Shown: positions 1 through 12,965, counted from the stretch's first letter. The stretch: 52,876 bases of DNA from Octopus bimaculoides (GCF_001194135.2 NC_068998.1:44398279-44451154); one strand, 5' to 3'. The notes: generated from the sequence alone by a model not told the origin. Numbers and translations: made by a program.

Positions 1-47
<47 letters not shown>

Positions 48-279
48 GTGTGTGTGTGTGCGTGTGTGTGTGTTTGTGTTTGTTCCCCTACCGTCACTTG
101 ACAACCGACGTTGGTGTGTTTATGTTCCCATAACTTAGCAGTTTGGCAAAAGGGTATGATATAAGTACTAGGCTTAAAAAGAACAAGTCTTGGAGTTGCT
201 TTCTTTGACTGAGACCCTTTAAGGCACTGCCCCAGCATGGCCACAGTTAAAATGACTGAAACATGTGAAAGAATAAAAA
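1..279 (+). mobile_element. SINE family D, internal (TA)n(TG)n tract plus 3' half
   Basis: Microsatellite 1-70 followed by ...cttgacaaccgacg...agcatggccacagtt...actgaaaca; the same 3' half recurs at 23278, 27484 and inverted at 38930 and 51472. Confidence 0.85.
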
Positions 280-296
280 TATATATGTGTATATTC

Positions 297-395
297 ATGA
301 TGGGTGTCTTTCAGTTTCCATCTACCAGAGCCACTTATAAGGATTTGGTCAGTCAAAGGCCATATAGTACAGCACACTTGCCCAAGGTGTCACAG
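297..395 (-). mobile_element. SINE family D, 5' half fragment
   Basis: tttcagtttccatctacc...cacttgcccaaggtgtcacag matches the reverse complement of the family D head. Confidence 0.75.
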
Positions 396-1123
396 TTATT
401 TTTACTTGTATAATATTTCTACTCAGCTCTAGACCTGAATGATGTCATTGGAGTTTATTATCAGATATTTTATACCATTTGAAAGAGAGGAATCTATGTT
501 TATGAAAAATTTTCTTATTCCATATTTATTGGATTAAATGAACAGATTTATTGTATATACAAATGGATGTACTTACCCCCAAAAAAAAGAAATCACGCAC
601 ACTGTGTACACACNNNNNNNNNNCACACACACACACACACACACGCATGTGCACAAGCCATAATACTGGAATGAAATAAATATTATTAAGAAGAATAAAT
701 AAGATATAACTGCATCATTGCTATTTTCCTTTTTCAGAAATTCCCCCTGTAGAATATCACAGAAAAATATAGTTTTCTTTCATATACTTTAAATTATGAA
801 GAACTATAATGAAATGAAAGAAAAAAAATATGCCAAACAACTTATGTAAAGAATTCAAAGGAATTTCCAAGTTATTTGTATTTTTGTTTTTCATCCTAAT
901 AATTCAAAAGATGACATTAATTCTAGAGTAGCATCCCTTCCCCAGAGTTCTGTCTCAGTAGCAGAACTAAAGAATTGTAGCTTTACTACATTGAGTTCAT
1001 TCTTTACCATTTATTAGATTCTGATGGATAACATGAGATGTGTAGACAAGATAGTGCAACAAGAGATAACACAACAATTTCTTCCTAAAAGCCATCATCA
1101 TTTACATTATTATTGTTATTTTA

Positions 1124-1345
1124 AGGCAACGAGCTAGCAGAATCATTAGCACACCAGGAAAAAGTCATAGTGGCGTTTTGTCCATTTTTGTTTTGTGGTT
1201 CAAATTCAGCTGAAGTCTGCTTTGCCTTTCATCCTTTCAGGGTCGATAAAATATGTACCATTTGAGTAATGGGGCTGATTTAACCAACTTTTTCCTTCCC
1301 CAGAAATTGCTGGCTTGTGCTAAAATTTGAAGCCCTTATTATTAC
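1124..1345 (+). mobile_element. SINE family C (tRNA-like head, Meta-domain-like core), TTA-rich tail
   Basis: ggcaacgagctagcagaatcattagc head, gttcaaattc B-box-like motif, core ctttgcctttcatcctttcagggtcgataaaat; at least four other copies in the window. Confidence 0.85.
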
Positions 1346-1563
1346 TATGATTATTATTATTATTATTATAAAAATAATAATTATTATTATCGTTATTGTT
1401 ATTGTGATTACTATTTGTTTTCTGACTATTTTTATGCTTTTAAGCTTTTAATGCTATTATTTTAATGATTTGTCTGACATGAGACTATATCAGCATTTTT
1501 GTGGTTAATTTTCCTCCCTCTCCACCCCTTACATTCTTGATAAATTTCTTAGTCTAAGTCCAG

Positions 1564-1613
<50 letters not shown>

Positions 1614-2261
1614 TGTATAATTATTTACAGAATCCAATAGATTCAAAGTATTTTGATAATACAGACACTAAGGTAGAGTCTATAGTCCTTGTGTGAAAAT
1701 GTCCTAAATGTTGAATTTTATTTTAATTCACTAGAAGAAAACATTTTCTTTGCATGATGTAATTGATTTGTTTATCAATAACAAACACATCTGAAACAGC
1801 TGTAACGAACCTCAACCCACTTATGTTAATTTACATACATACAAGCATATATGTGTGGGTGTGTGTTTACAGGGATATATTATCCAAGCAGATATCGTAG
1901 TACCTCTCAGCTATGTTCCAGCTTACAGCTACTTTGACTTCTGCCAGCAACTGTTATGAAGCCAACGTCAACCTTACAATTTTATCAGCAGAGTGGATTT
2001 CAAATTCAAACTAACCTCCCCTCACTTCTTTCTGAACCCTAACCAATAAACAACTAACTGAATTCATTTCATTTTGAGCCAAGCTAGTTGAAAGACCCCG
2101 AAGAAAGTGGCAGAGAAAATTATATCTGGTTGCATAGGCAACTGCTCACACATTGCAGCAGAGACATGTGTAGGTTGCTGTAACCATAGAAATATGTTGC
2201 ATGACATACTGTAGAATAAAAGGAAATAATTTGGGGGGATGTACGAGTCTCCATATTCTCT

Positions 2262-2313
<52 letters not shown>

Positions 2314-2384
2314 ATAGATTCTCTTGTCATGAACAACAAATATAGTGTTCAGTAAAATAAAATGTTAATCATGTTCAATGGACA

Positions 2385-2870
2385 TGAACATGTCTCTTGG
2401 GGCCTGTTGGTGCCTTGCAAACATTTTGGCAAGTGGAACAAGTTGAGGACTCAGCTAGAGTGCTTGTGGATCATTTACTATGTGTTTTCTTGAGTGGACA
2501 GCAAGACCTGCTTTGCTTTGAGCCATGAAACCACAATGACAGGCAAGGTTTCCATTTAGAGGAGCTGTGTTTTGTGTGCATGCCTTCATGTTTGCATGAA
2601 GTTCTTTGAACTGAGGAGAAGCAGGACTGGCGCCTGGTCTTATGTTCTGATGCTTTGTTTTCCCCAGAAAGAAAAGGGAAATGTTGCGTCAACTCAGATT
2701 GTCTTTTAGTTGATGACTGTGTCCATATGACACAATCATCAACTTATAGCATCAATATGGCACCCAGCTTTAAATCCATTTTAAAGAGTAAAGGCTTCTC
2801 CAAGACAAGAAGGGAGGCATTTCAGTCTTTTTACAAAGAACCCACTCTAATACTCTTGGTTTGAATCACA
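2385..2870 (-). mobile_element. Decayed RTE-clade LINE, 3' end of ORF2
   Basis: The minus strand encodes CHCGFMAQSKAGLAVHSRKH (2541-2482) and, in a shifted frame, CSTCQNVCKAPTGP, resembling C-terminal zinc fingers of RTE-type ORF2; stops and frameshifts are present. Confidence 0.6.
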
Positions 2871-3252
2871 CACAGTGTTTCATGGCTTGTTTAACTTTAA
2901 TTAAGCAAAGAATGATTGTCAACAATATAGGATACAGCGATAGATAAAGCTGTGTAGAAGTATAAAGCCAGCTATTTTAGAATGAAATTTATTGGAAAAA
3001 AAAAATTGAAACATGTTTATTTAAAACATGATAATTTTAGTTACATTAGACAAACTAATAATATTGTTATAACAGCTCCTAAAATAAATCATTAGTATTA
3101 TTGGATTATTTATTCAGATGGAGATTTTTACTTTATTGCAAAGACATATATGATATAAATTTTTGTCACAAGATGAAGAATAGTAAATTAGTGTTTACCG
3201 AGTTCTGTAAATAGTTACAGCACTACGGATTAAGGTGTGTGTAATGTATATA

Positions 3253-3581
3253 TGCATGGCTCAGTGGTTAGAGAGTTGAGCTTACGATCGTGAAGCTGTG
3301 AGTTCGAATCCCGGACTGGGCTGCGTGTGGTGTTCTTGAGCAAGACACTTTATTTCATGTTGCTCCAGTTCACTCAGCTGTAGAAATGAGTTGCGACGTT
3401 ACAGGTGCCAAGCTGTATCGGTCCTTGTCTTTCCCTTGGATAACATCGGTGGCGTGGAGATGGGAGGCTGGTATGCATGGGCGACTGCTGGTCTTCCATA
3501 AACAACCTTGCCTGGACTTGTGACAGGGAGGGTAACTTTCTAGGTGCAATCCCATGGTCGGTCATGATCGAAGGGGGTCTC
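3253..3581 (+). mobile_element. SINE family B (tRNA head, CORE-like segment)
   Basis: A-box tggctcagtgg, B-box gttcgaatccc, then gttcttgagcaagacacttt; a near-identical full copy lies at 42703-43035. Confidence 0.9.
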
Positions 3582-3603
3582 AGTATATATATATATAATT
3601 AAT

Positions 3604-4032
3604 GATTCTGCACACTCATACAAGGCTCAAATGATACGAGAATGGATGGGAGACAATTTGCATGGTCACATCACCCTTGACATTTGGCTTCCTAATTCTC
3701 CAGATCTCAATCCACTGGACTATCATGTATGGAACATCGTTGAGAAAAATATCAATGAACACCCCCCATAGCACCAAAGATTTTTGAAAGTCGCCATATT
3801 TCGAGTCATGTCCAATATGAACAAGGACCACTTAATCCGAGATTGTAAACAATTTTGACCCCATGTAGAGACTGTTATTGATGCATATGGGGGTTTTATT
3901 GAATGGAATTATTAAATTGATAGTTGAGCTTTATGCCTATGTAATTTTTATAAAAATACAGCTTTTTGCTGTTATCATATTAAGCGTTTTATTTAAACCA
4001 TAAATCTGTACTCCAATACTGTCCACACTCTG
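3604..4032 (+). mobile_element. Tc1/mariner maT-type (DD37D) transposon relic: transposase C-terminus and right end
   Basis: Translates DSAHSYKAQMIREW...WLPNSPDLNPLDYHVW...VETVIDAYGGFIE with 37 residues between the last two catalytic D; two in-frame stops; ends ctgtccacactctg followed by TA (4033-4034). Confidence 0.9.
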
Positions 4033-4732
4033 TATATATGTGTATATATATGTAGATATGTGTACATATGTATGCATGTATTTATGTGCATGTGCCTATA
4101 TATGTATATATTTGTGAACAAGTGTGTATATGTATATATATGTGTGTGTGTATCTTATATAAATACCTACACACACATATATATATATATATAACATATC
4201 TTTTATATATATAAACATATATAAACATATATATAAAGTTGTAATGATAAGGTACTACTAGATTAAACTAAAATTAGATTACCCTTGTATGTTCTATTCG
4301 AGCAAAACTAATTAGTGACCAGATGGCAAATGGTTTAAAAGATATAAAAGAAATGATAAATGGATAATGAAAAGACAAATTATAAACATAAGCATTTTGT
4401 TATTGATTTCTTACTAAAATAACTGAACTTTGAATTTGTAATCCACTTTAGCTTAACATCCTTTACCAAATTACCAAGGAATTTTTTGGGGAATTCAAAA
4501 ATAATGAGACCTGGTTTCTTGATCTTTAATTCCTGTTTTTAAAACAACAAAGTAAATTTTATGGTTTTAGGACTCTCGTAACCCCTTCCTTCTTCAAAGC
4601 ATCCTTCGTTTTCCCTGCCACAGGGGCACACTTTACAATTCAACCTATAGTTGTTATTTCATATCTTTTCATTTGATCTCCCTCTGCTATTAATCTAAGG
4701 TGTTCCCAGTTTAAGGAACCAGTGTGGTAAAA

Positions 4733-5251
4733 NNNNNNNNNNNNNNNNNNNNNNNNNNNNNNNNNNNNNNNNNNNNNNNNNNNNNNNNNNNNNNNNNNNN
4801 NNNNNNNNNNNNNNNNNNNNNNNNNNNNNNNNNNNNNNNNNNNNNNNNNNNNNNNNNNNNNNNNNNNNNNNNNNNNNNNNNNNNNNNNNNNNNNNNNNNN
4901 NNNNNNNNNNNNNNNNNNNNNNNNNNNNNNNNNNNNNNNNNNNNNNNNNNNNNNNNNNNNNNNNNNNNNNNNNNNNNNNNNNNNNNNNNNNNNNNNNNNN
5001 NNNNNNNNNNNNNNNNNNNNNNNNNNNNNNNNNNNNNNNNNNNNNNNNNNNNNNNNNNNNNNNNNNNNNNNNNNNNNNNNNNNNNNNNNNNNNNNNNNNN
5101 NNNNNNNNNNNNNNNNNNNNNNNNNNNNNNNNNNNNNNNNNNNNNNNNNNNNNNNNNNNNNNNNNNNNNNNNNNNNNNNNNNNNNNNNNNNNNNNNNNNN
5201 NNNNNNNNNNNNNNNNNNNNNNNNNNNNNNNNNNNNNNNNNNNNNNNNNNN
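4733..5251. other. Assembly gap (N run)
   Basis: Run of N followed by (CA)n(TA)n. Other gaps: 614-623, 5578-5587, 9672-9681, 24121-~25115, 27290-27450, 33912-33921, 46215-46267, 48362-48371. Confidence 0.99.
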
Positions 5252-5337
<86 letters not shown>

Positions 5338-5538
5338 ACAACTTCATAATTTGCTTCTGACAGGCAGAAGAGGCACATAGCAGAACTTATAAGTATCACC
5401 TTTTATATTGCAACATAGAAAACACACGTGCACTCACACACACACACACATGCACTATGTTGTAATTCTTTCTGTTTCAATGCATGCTCACAAATCAAGT
5501 ACATCTTGCCAGTCAAGTACATCTGTAAACTATATCTG

Positions 5539-5577
<39 letters not shown>

Positions 5578-5589
5578 NNNNNNNNNNTG

Positions 5590-5626
<37 letters not shown>
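5252..5626. repeat. (CA)n/(TA)n and (TG)n microsatellite cluster
   Basis: Directly visible dinucleotide arrays at 5252-5334 and 5540-5626. Confidence 0.95.
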
Positions 5627-5629
<3 letters not shown>

Positions 5630-7510
5630 TGAATGTGTGCGTCTCTGTGTGCATATGTGCATGTTTGATAATGCCTTTTACACCACAAAGCACAAAGAAA
5701 ATAACAGAGTGATGAAGAACACTCTATTGTAGAAGATATTTCAATAAATACCTGTCTTAACAGTTGAGCTAAAAGTCTTAAAAATAATAAGAATAATATT
5801 CTACCATATTTGAACAGAAAATTCCTCCATAACATTGCAACAGACTTCAACTGACTTGAAGATTAAATGTACTTGGCTATCATTCAAAATTGAGCATATT
5901 AACATGCTATTGATGCTATAAAGTTACAAATAATTGCCCCCCACTGTGCCCCACTACCATTTTCCATTGATTTTAATTCTGACTACCTCCTGTATTCAAT
6001 ATGTCTATAATCTCTACTTAATAATTCAACTCTCTGCATTGCTTAATTCCCCATTTCAAGTGCCATCTACTTCCAATCTACGATATTCTGACCCTGTCTA
6101 TTCAATACATTTTTATCTTACCTGCCTGAAATCAGTAACTCTTAAGATATCAGATTTTCAATTGAAATACACACTCCATCAGCTCTGTAGACTCCAAGTA
6201 CATTGCTCTTTGCAAATTGACAGAACTTGGCATAGTGGTGATTGCACAAATACATGCACATACAAACACATACATACAAAACATATTCACACACATGCAC
6301 ATCACAGTATATTGTGTGTTATTTGTAAATATGTTGCTTGTTAAAGATTTGTATATATGGACATTTATATCCACTTGGTCTTATGTGACAGATGTGTGAT
6401 GTGACTAACATAGGATGGATCATTGAATATAAGCCAACACAATAAAGAACCATCTATGTGGTCAGAGAATCTGTCAGAAATAACTGAGAATTCTCCCTCT
6501 ATATCCAAAGCTAGAAAAGAATTTCATGGAGAAGCCATATAAGCTATGGGTGAACATGATAATAATTTATGCATTTTGCAATTGATTTAAATAATATGGG
6601 AGTTTGGATGTGTAATTAATATATGGGTCTCTCACTTATGGTATTTTATCTATTGCCTTTTCATGATGCTGTCATCTATCACTGACCTCTCCCTTAATCA
6701 CTTATTCATGCCATCTTTGTAACAGGGGATAATACTATATTTGATTACTTAAATCCATCTCAACACTCACCTCTTTGTCATTCCACATTTTTTGTATACT
6801 GACTATGGTAACTGTGACGTTTTGGTTGCAAATATGATTTACTTGTGCTCTATTTTTAATTAAAGATCTTATGATGTCTATGCTCTATCAGGAAATGCTT
6901 AGTCATAAGGTTTGATGTTAAATGGGCCATTTCTCATCTATTATTGAATAATAGTTCCAGAGATATCAAGTGCCATAAAAAATAAGCACCTTTGTCACTT
7001 TATGCAGGTCAATACAATAGATGTTTATCCATTTATATCTAATTCCTTTCTTAAAAGAGCTTTAGAATTTGTTACATATATCATTCCTCTTAGTAATTCT
7101 AACATTAGTATTATTATGTATGCTAGGAAATCTTTATTATTTACAATAACATTTTGGGGTCAAGCATAACAGCCAGGAATCATTTGTTAAACCATGAAAA
7201 TGTACAATATTATGGTTATGATAAACATTAAATATTGTACCCTTCAACAATGCACTTCATTTTATGGATGACCATATTTCATTGCATTTATGAATGTTTT
7301 TGCTTATATATTGTCATGCTGCTTTCCTTCTCCAATTGTTTGAAGAATTGGAAACATGAAATTCAGGATAATGATTCAAGAAGCCTTAGCTTCTTATAAT
7401 AATTCTATATATGCCAGTGCAACATAACCAGCCTATTTAAGAGTACCCTTCAATCATTGGGCAATAAACTGTGCTTGTGAAGACCTGTTGAGGTAAGTGA
7501 AGTCATTGTC

Positions 7511-7876
7511 GTAGCCAATGACAGTACCGCCTGATTGGCACCCATGCCAGTGGCACGTAAAAAGCACTATTTGAGGATGATAGTTGTGAGTGCTGCCTGA
7601 CTGGCTCCCATGCTGATGGCACATAAAAAGCACCATTCAAGCATGGCTGATGCCAGTACTGCCTGCTGCCTGACTGGCCCTTGTGCCAGTGGCATGTAAA
7701 AAGCACCCTCTACACTCTCGGAGTGGTTGGCATTAAGAAGGGCATCCAGCTGTAGAAATATTGCCCGATCGGATTGGAACAAGGTGCGGCCTTCTGGCTT
7801 GCCAGCCCTTAGTCAAATCGTCCAACCCATGCCAGCATGGAAAGCGGACGTTTAACAATAACGATGATGATGATGA
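7511..7876 (+). mobile_element. SINE-like family E with internal tandem units and (GAT)n tail
   Basis: Three gcctgactggc...gtggcacgtaaaaagcacc units, then aagggcatccagctgtagaa...ccaacccatgccagcatggaaagcggacg and gatgatgat; copies at 16156, 21400 and 45860. Confidence 0.85.
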
Positions 7877-8455
7877 TATATATATATACACATACATATT
7901 GTTTATTTAAAGGACATAATACATGTCTTTAAATGCTACTAATAGTTTTCATGCTACTAGTCTTTAAATGCTAATAATAGTTTCATATGTTAAGAAATAA
8001 CTAACATATCATCAAGCATAAGCCACATATCATTAAAAAAAAACTGAATAAGAGAAGAAACATGAAAAAAACTGAGAAGGCACAATATAGAAAACACCAG
8101 ATGGAGTACTTTTTTGTTGAATTTTCTATTATATACATATATATATATGTGTTATGGGGTCCAGTTTCTGGACTGGTCTGTGTCTTGTACCCTTCAACAA
8201 TGCACTTCATTTTATGTTACTTTTGCCTACTCAGCTGAAGTTGAAAGTCTGGGTATTATGCCTGTCTAACATCAAAATATTTGCTGCTTACTGAATTATA
8301 TATTGCACTGAATTATAGCATTTCTATGATGCCTTAACTTAGAATACTTAGGATAAAAAAAAGAAGTCATTTAAATTTTTATATTTGATAATTTAAATTT
8401 ATAGGTTTTGTCTGGGCATGTGTTGCTTACCTTACCTACCCAGATGGTACATCTC

Positions 8456-8852
8456 TTGGTTGGCACTCCATCGGCTACGACGACGAGGGTTCCAGATGAT
8501 CCGATCAGCAGAACAGCCTGCTCGTGAAATTAACTTGCAAGTGGCTGTGGCTGTGGCTGAGCACTCCACAGACACGTGTACCCTTAACGTAGTTCTCGGG
8601 GATATTCAGCGTGACACAGTGTGACAAGGCTGGCTCTTTGAAATACAGGTACAACAGAAACAGGGAGAAAGATTGAGAGAAAGTTGTGGTGAAAGAGTAC
8701 AGCAGGGTTCACCACCATCCCCTGCCAGAGCCTTTTGGAACTTTAGGTGTTTTTGCTCAATAAACACTCACAACGCGCGGTCTGGGAATCAAAACCTCGA
8801 TTCTACGACCGTTAGTCTGCTGCCCTAACCACTGGGCCATTGCACCTCCACA
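8456..8852 (-). mobile_element. SINE family A, full length, with 9-bp TSD
   Basis: Reverse complement of the copies at 11470, 29648 and 50435; flanked by gtacatctc at 8447-8455 and 8853-8861. Confidence 0.92.
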
Positions 8853-9681
8853 GTACATCTCATATATATATATATATGAATATATACGTGTGTCTGCACA
8901 TGCGTTGTGCATCAGCAAAACTGGGACAGCTGTCTTCTATAGGGAAGTGAGTTTCTTTATTCAACCACTTCTTTAGAATTCATGATAACCTTATCCCAAT
9001 ATCTCCCATACTTCTGTGAAACTACATATGGAGTGAGAGCAATGTGTGTGTGTTTGTGTGAGTGTATGGAGAGAGGTGTTGGTTGGGGTTTACTTATCCT
9101 AGGACGAACTTAATGCTTCACAATTTTTATGTGATTATATTTTAGTTAGATAAAGATTCAAGAGTGAAGGTATATGTATTCATGCACGCATGAGTGTGTT
9201 AGTGTGTGCGTATGTGTGTGTGTGTGCGTATGTGTGTGTGTGCGTATGTGTGTGTGTGTGTGTAATTTCTTTAGTGCTATTATTGGTTCCCTATTATTAT
9301 TAACAAAACTGGGGAGCCATATTCAATTTCAGAGTCATTTGTTTGGGCTGCCTACTCCAGTAGTACATCTAATTTGTTACTTATTTTAGCTGAAAACTTC
9401 TGAAGGGGAAAAAATAAATAAATAAATAAATGGATAAATGAATAAAGGACTAAAGGAATAAATAAAGGAATGAAATTATTTGTATTAGTATAGAGAATGC
9501 CCTCAGGGTTTTGTCTACAGTCACAAGTTATGAGACAAAAAAATATTAATCACAATATCATGTACATTGTGATCAATGAAATTACACACACATACACGCA
9601 TACATCTATACATATATATATACACACATATATATGTATGTGTGTATGTATATATATATATATATATATATNNNNNNNNNN

Positions 9682-9723
<42 letters not shown>

Positions 9724-10375
9724 TCACACATTCATTCATACATATATGTATATATCTATGTATCAATTAAAATCTTCAAAATTACATCAAACTTCATAAT
9801 GGCTTTACTAATGAACATTGCTACCAGGCTCCAATGCAGTAGCATTTTTGACATCGAACCACGTTTCCAATGGAATGAAAATTCCTCTATCAAAGTTGCT
9901 CGAGGCACAGTCCTCATGGCTAAGTTCTCTTCAGAAGTTTCAAATCTCAAGTGAAGTCAAGTAGAAGCCATTCTGCCTCTTGAAATTGTATTTCAATATT
10001 GAACATCTACTGAGGCAACCACAACAGCAAGAACATTGCCACCGTCTCCACAGCAATCAGCACTGTCACCACCACCACCACCGTCACCGATATTACCAAT
10101 CCTAGCTGCACTGCTGTCATAACCAACACCACCACCGCCTGTCACAACCAGCGAACCCCACTCTTACCATCTTCACCCCCATCTCAACGATCATGATCAC
10201 CAAAAAGTGAATAACTAAGATTCTTGGAAGGCTTTACCTTTGCATAAATTACTTTTGTTTGTTTATATTAATTTTTTTCTTTTTGTTGTTGCCAGAAGGA
10301 TACATTTTTTTAGGCAAAGAATATACGAGAAATATGCTCTCATCATTATCCTGTTATTGGACTTACTTTTGAGCT

Positions 10376-10585
<210 letters not shown>

Positions 10586-10897
10586 TTTTGAACCAGGGAA
10601 ATATCTTACATATTTTTACTGTTTTATTAACAGCTTGTATTTCTAATGTTCAAGTCAGCTTACTGATTTCTTTTTCTGAGAACCCAAGCTTATCCAAATT
10701 GTGATTTAGGCACTTACAAAACAAAGTGTACCAATGTAACAAAATTTTTATTTTTTTACTTTTTGTCTTTGGTTTTTTTTTTCCTATTTGCTTCTATCTA
10801 GAAATCAAAGCAAATGACTACTATTCCCTTCAAACTTTGCTTTTGTAATCTGGGCATGAATTCCTTTAAAACTGACCTATTTTCCATTACATTTCAG

Positions 10898-10972
10898 ATA
10901 TATTCAGTGCTGAGTGGCTGAAGCAGAAATATCATTATAGCAAATATTCTGGTCAATACCACAAATTTGCTT
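10898..10972 (+). CDS. Candidate internal exon (phase 1-1), product unknown
   Basis: Branch-point-like ctgac plus pyrimidine tract ending tttcag; donor gttagt; the only open frame reads DIFSAEWLKQKYHYSKYSGQYHKFA. No homology recognised. Confidence 0.3.
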
Positions 10973-11469
10973 GTTAGTTGCTTGAACATGTTCCTTAGTG
11001 GCTGACAATATGTACATATCTGATCAAGAGCAGGAGTAGCCATAACCATATGTTGAGAGGGATTCTTTGGGCTTTGAATAAACGTAATAGAAGTAAAGTG
11101 TGAAGGAAATATTAGCCATTTTTCATACTTTCTTGGGGTAAGCACATAGGAAATAATAGTTGTGACCCAAGGACAAAATTCGTGTTACACAGTGTTGTTG
11201 TTGGTATAGATGTGAATTCATAACCTGGGTATAGAAGTGACAGTTCTGATGCAACTGCTCATAGTTATCTTATTTTTTCTTCCATTTTCAAAGAGATATT
11301 CATACGATTAAGGCAGCTGACTTTTATGATGTTACACACTTTTTCTTGTGTGTCCCAAATAACAACATCTGGTCATTTATGTTTGCACTTGGTAGGAGTT
11401 TTGATGGGTATGTTCCACATATGTATATAAGCATGTACGTAGGTATGACTCGTACCTACACTTTGAAGG

Positions 11470-11848
11470 TGGAGGTGCAATGGCCCAATGGTTAGGGCAG
11501 CGGACTCGCGGTCATAGGATCGCGGTTTTGAATCCCAGACTTGGCGTTGTGGGTGTTTATTTAGCAAAAACACCTTAAGTTCCATGAGGCTCCGGCAGGG
11601 GATGGTGGCGAACCCTGCTGTACTCTTCCACCACAACTTTCTCTCACTCTTTCTTCCTGTTTCTGTTGTACCTGTAATTCAAAAGGCCAGCCTTGTCACA
11701 CTGTGTCACGCTGAATATCCCCGAGAACTATGTTAAGGGTACACGTGTCTGTCGAGTGCTCAGCCACTTGCACGTTAATTTCATGAGCAGGCTGTTCCAT
11801 TGATCGGATCAACTGGAATCCTCAACGTTGTAAGCGACGGAGTGTCAA
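11470..11848 (+). mobile_element. SINE family A, full length
   Basis: A-box tggcccaatgg, B-box-like ggttttgaatccc, conserved body, 3' end gatcggatcaactggaatcc...gacggagtgtca. Confidence 0.92.
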
Positions 11849-11916
11849 AAAAGGTTTGAATGCATGCATGCTTGTACATGTTTAACATGTTTATGTATAA
11901 ATATGAATGCATTGGA

Positions 11917-12068
11917 TGTAGGTGTAGCCAAATGGTTAAGAAGTTTGCTTTATAACCATGACGTCGTGGGTTCAATATTCTAGCATCACCTTGGTCATGT
12001 GTCTTCTGACCCAGTTTTAGATTGACAGAATCCTTGTGAGTGAAATTAAATCAACAGAAATTGTGCAA
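11917..12068 (+). mobile_element. SINE family D, degenerate 5' half
   Basis: ggttaagaagtttgct...gggttcaat...caccttggtcatgtgtcttct...ccttgtgagtg. Confidence 0.6.
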
Positions 12069-12614
12069 GAGATAGTACGATGGACTGCAGCAAATTTGAA
12101 GGAACAATCTAAGGACTATGCCAAGGACTTATTAAGGATCACACTAAGGACTTCTGAAGGATTACACTAAAAATATTTAGATACACTGCTATACAATATG
12201 GAAAGAGTTCTGCTAATTGAATTCTCCTGGAATCTTTGCAAAGTGTAAAATTACTGCTTTATAGTGTATGCTTATATAAACTTCTGCTTAAATATTTACT
12301 CGCTCACACAATTCCTATTAATTATTGATAACACACCTTGTGTAAATATAATGCAAGATCTTAGATGTTTATCTTGTTTTGCTGGCTTTGTTTAGTGATA
12401 CAGACACAAAATATCATTATGGACTGGTAATTCTGTATTTAAGAAGTAGAACAGGGTAGCTTTGGAATAAAGTCTTCATTAAGTCATCTTAGACCTTCTC
12501 ATTAGCAACTTCAAAAAAGAGAAAAGTATTCTTAACGATGGCAATAATTGTGGTGTTATTATTCCTTCTATTACAGACTCTGATATTGCTATTGTTTATC
12601 TTTTAGCTTCTACT

Positions 12615-12965
12615 TTTTTCAGGCACTGCAATAAAGCCATACTGGAGCAGTTCTTTGATGGGTACTTAACCCCGGAACTTATTTTTAAAGTCTGGTACTT
12701 ATTCGATTGGCAACTTTTGTCAAGTTACTAAGTTACATATGTGTGTGTGTGGGTTTGTCTGTGTACGTGTGTGAGCATATGGGAGTGTGTGTGTGTGTAT
12801 TATATTCACAAAGGGCATTTTTCAATTTATGTCTATCAAATCCACTCACAAGCCTTTGGTCAGTCTGGGATATAGCAGAAGACACTTGCACAAGATGCCA
12901 TGCAGTGGGATTGAATCCAAAACCATGTAGTTGGGAAGCAAGCGTCTTACTACACATCCATGCCT
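12615..12965 (-). mobile_element. SINE family D, degenerate full-length copy
   Basis: Both halves around a (TG)n tract; atctatcaaatccactcacaagcctttggtc...gaagacacttgcacaag. Confidence 0.8.

Noticed and set aside
2033-2046. Telomere-like ccctaacc motifs (also at 8823)
   Set aside because: Single isolated units, one inside a SINE head; there is no array.
6560-7440. Possible decayed LINE reverse transcriptase region
   Set aside because: Only faint similarity after many assumed frameshifts; no diagnostic motif recovered.
9780-9960. Complex coding-like block with 60-70-aa frames on both strands
   Set aside because: No recognisable motif and no flanking splice signals; possibly an old TE fragment but not callable.
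10010-10200. Thr-, Pro- or His-rich open frames
   Set aside because: This is decayed (ACC/CAC)n low-complexity sequence with no start codon or convincing splice sites.
12577-12735. Open frame behind a tattacag acceptor
   Set aside because: Most of it lies in a family D SINE, so the open frame is probably incidental.
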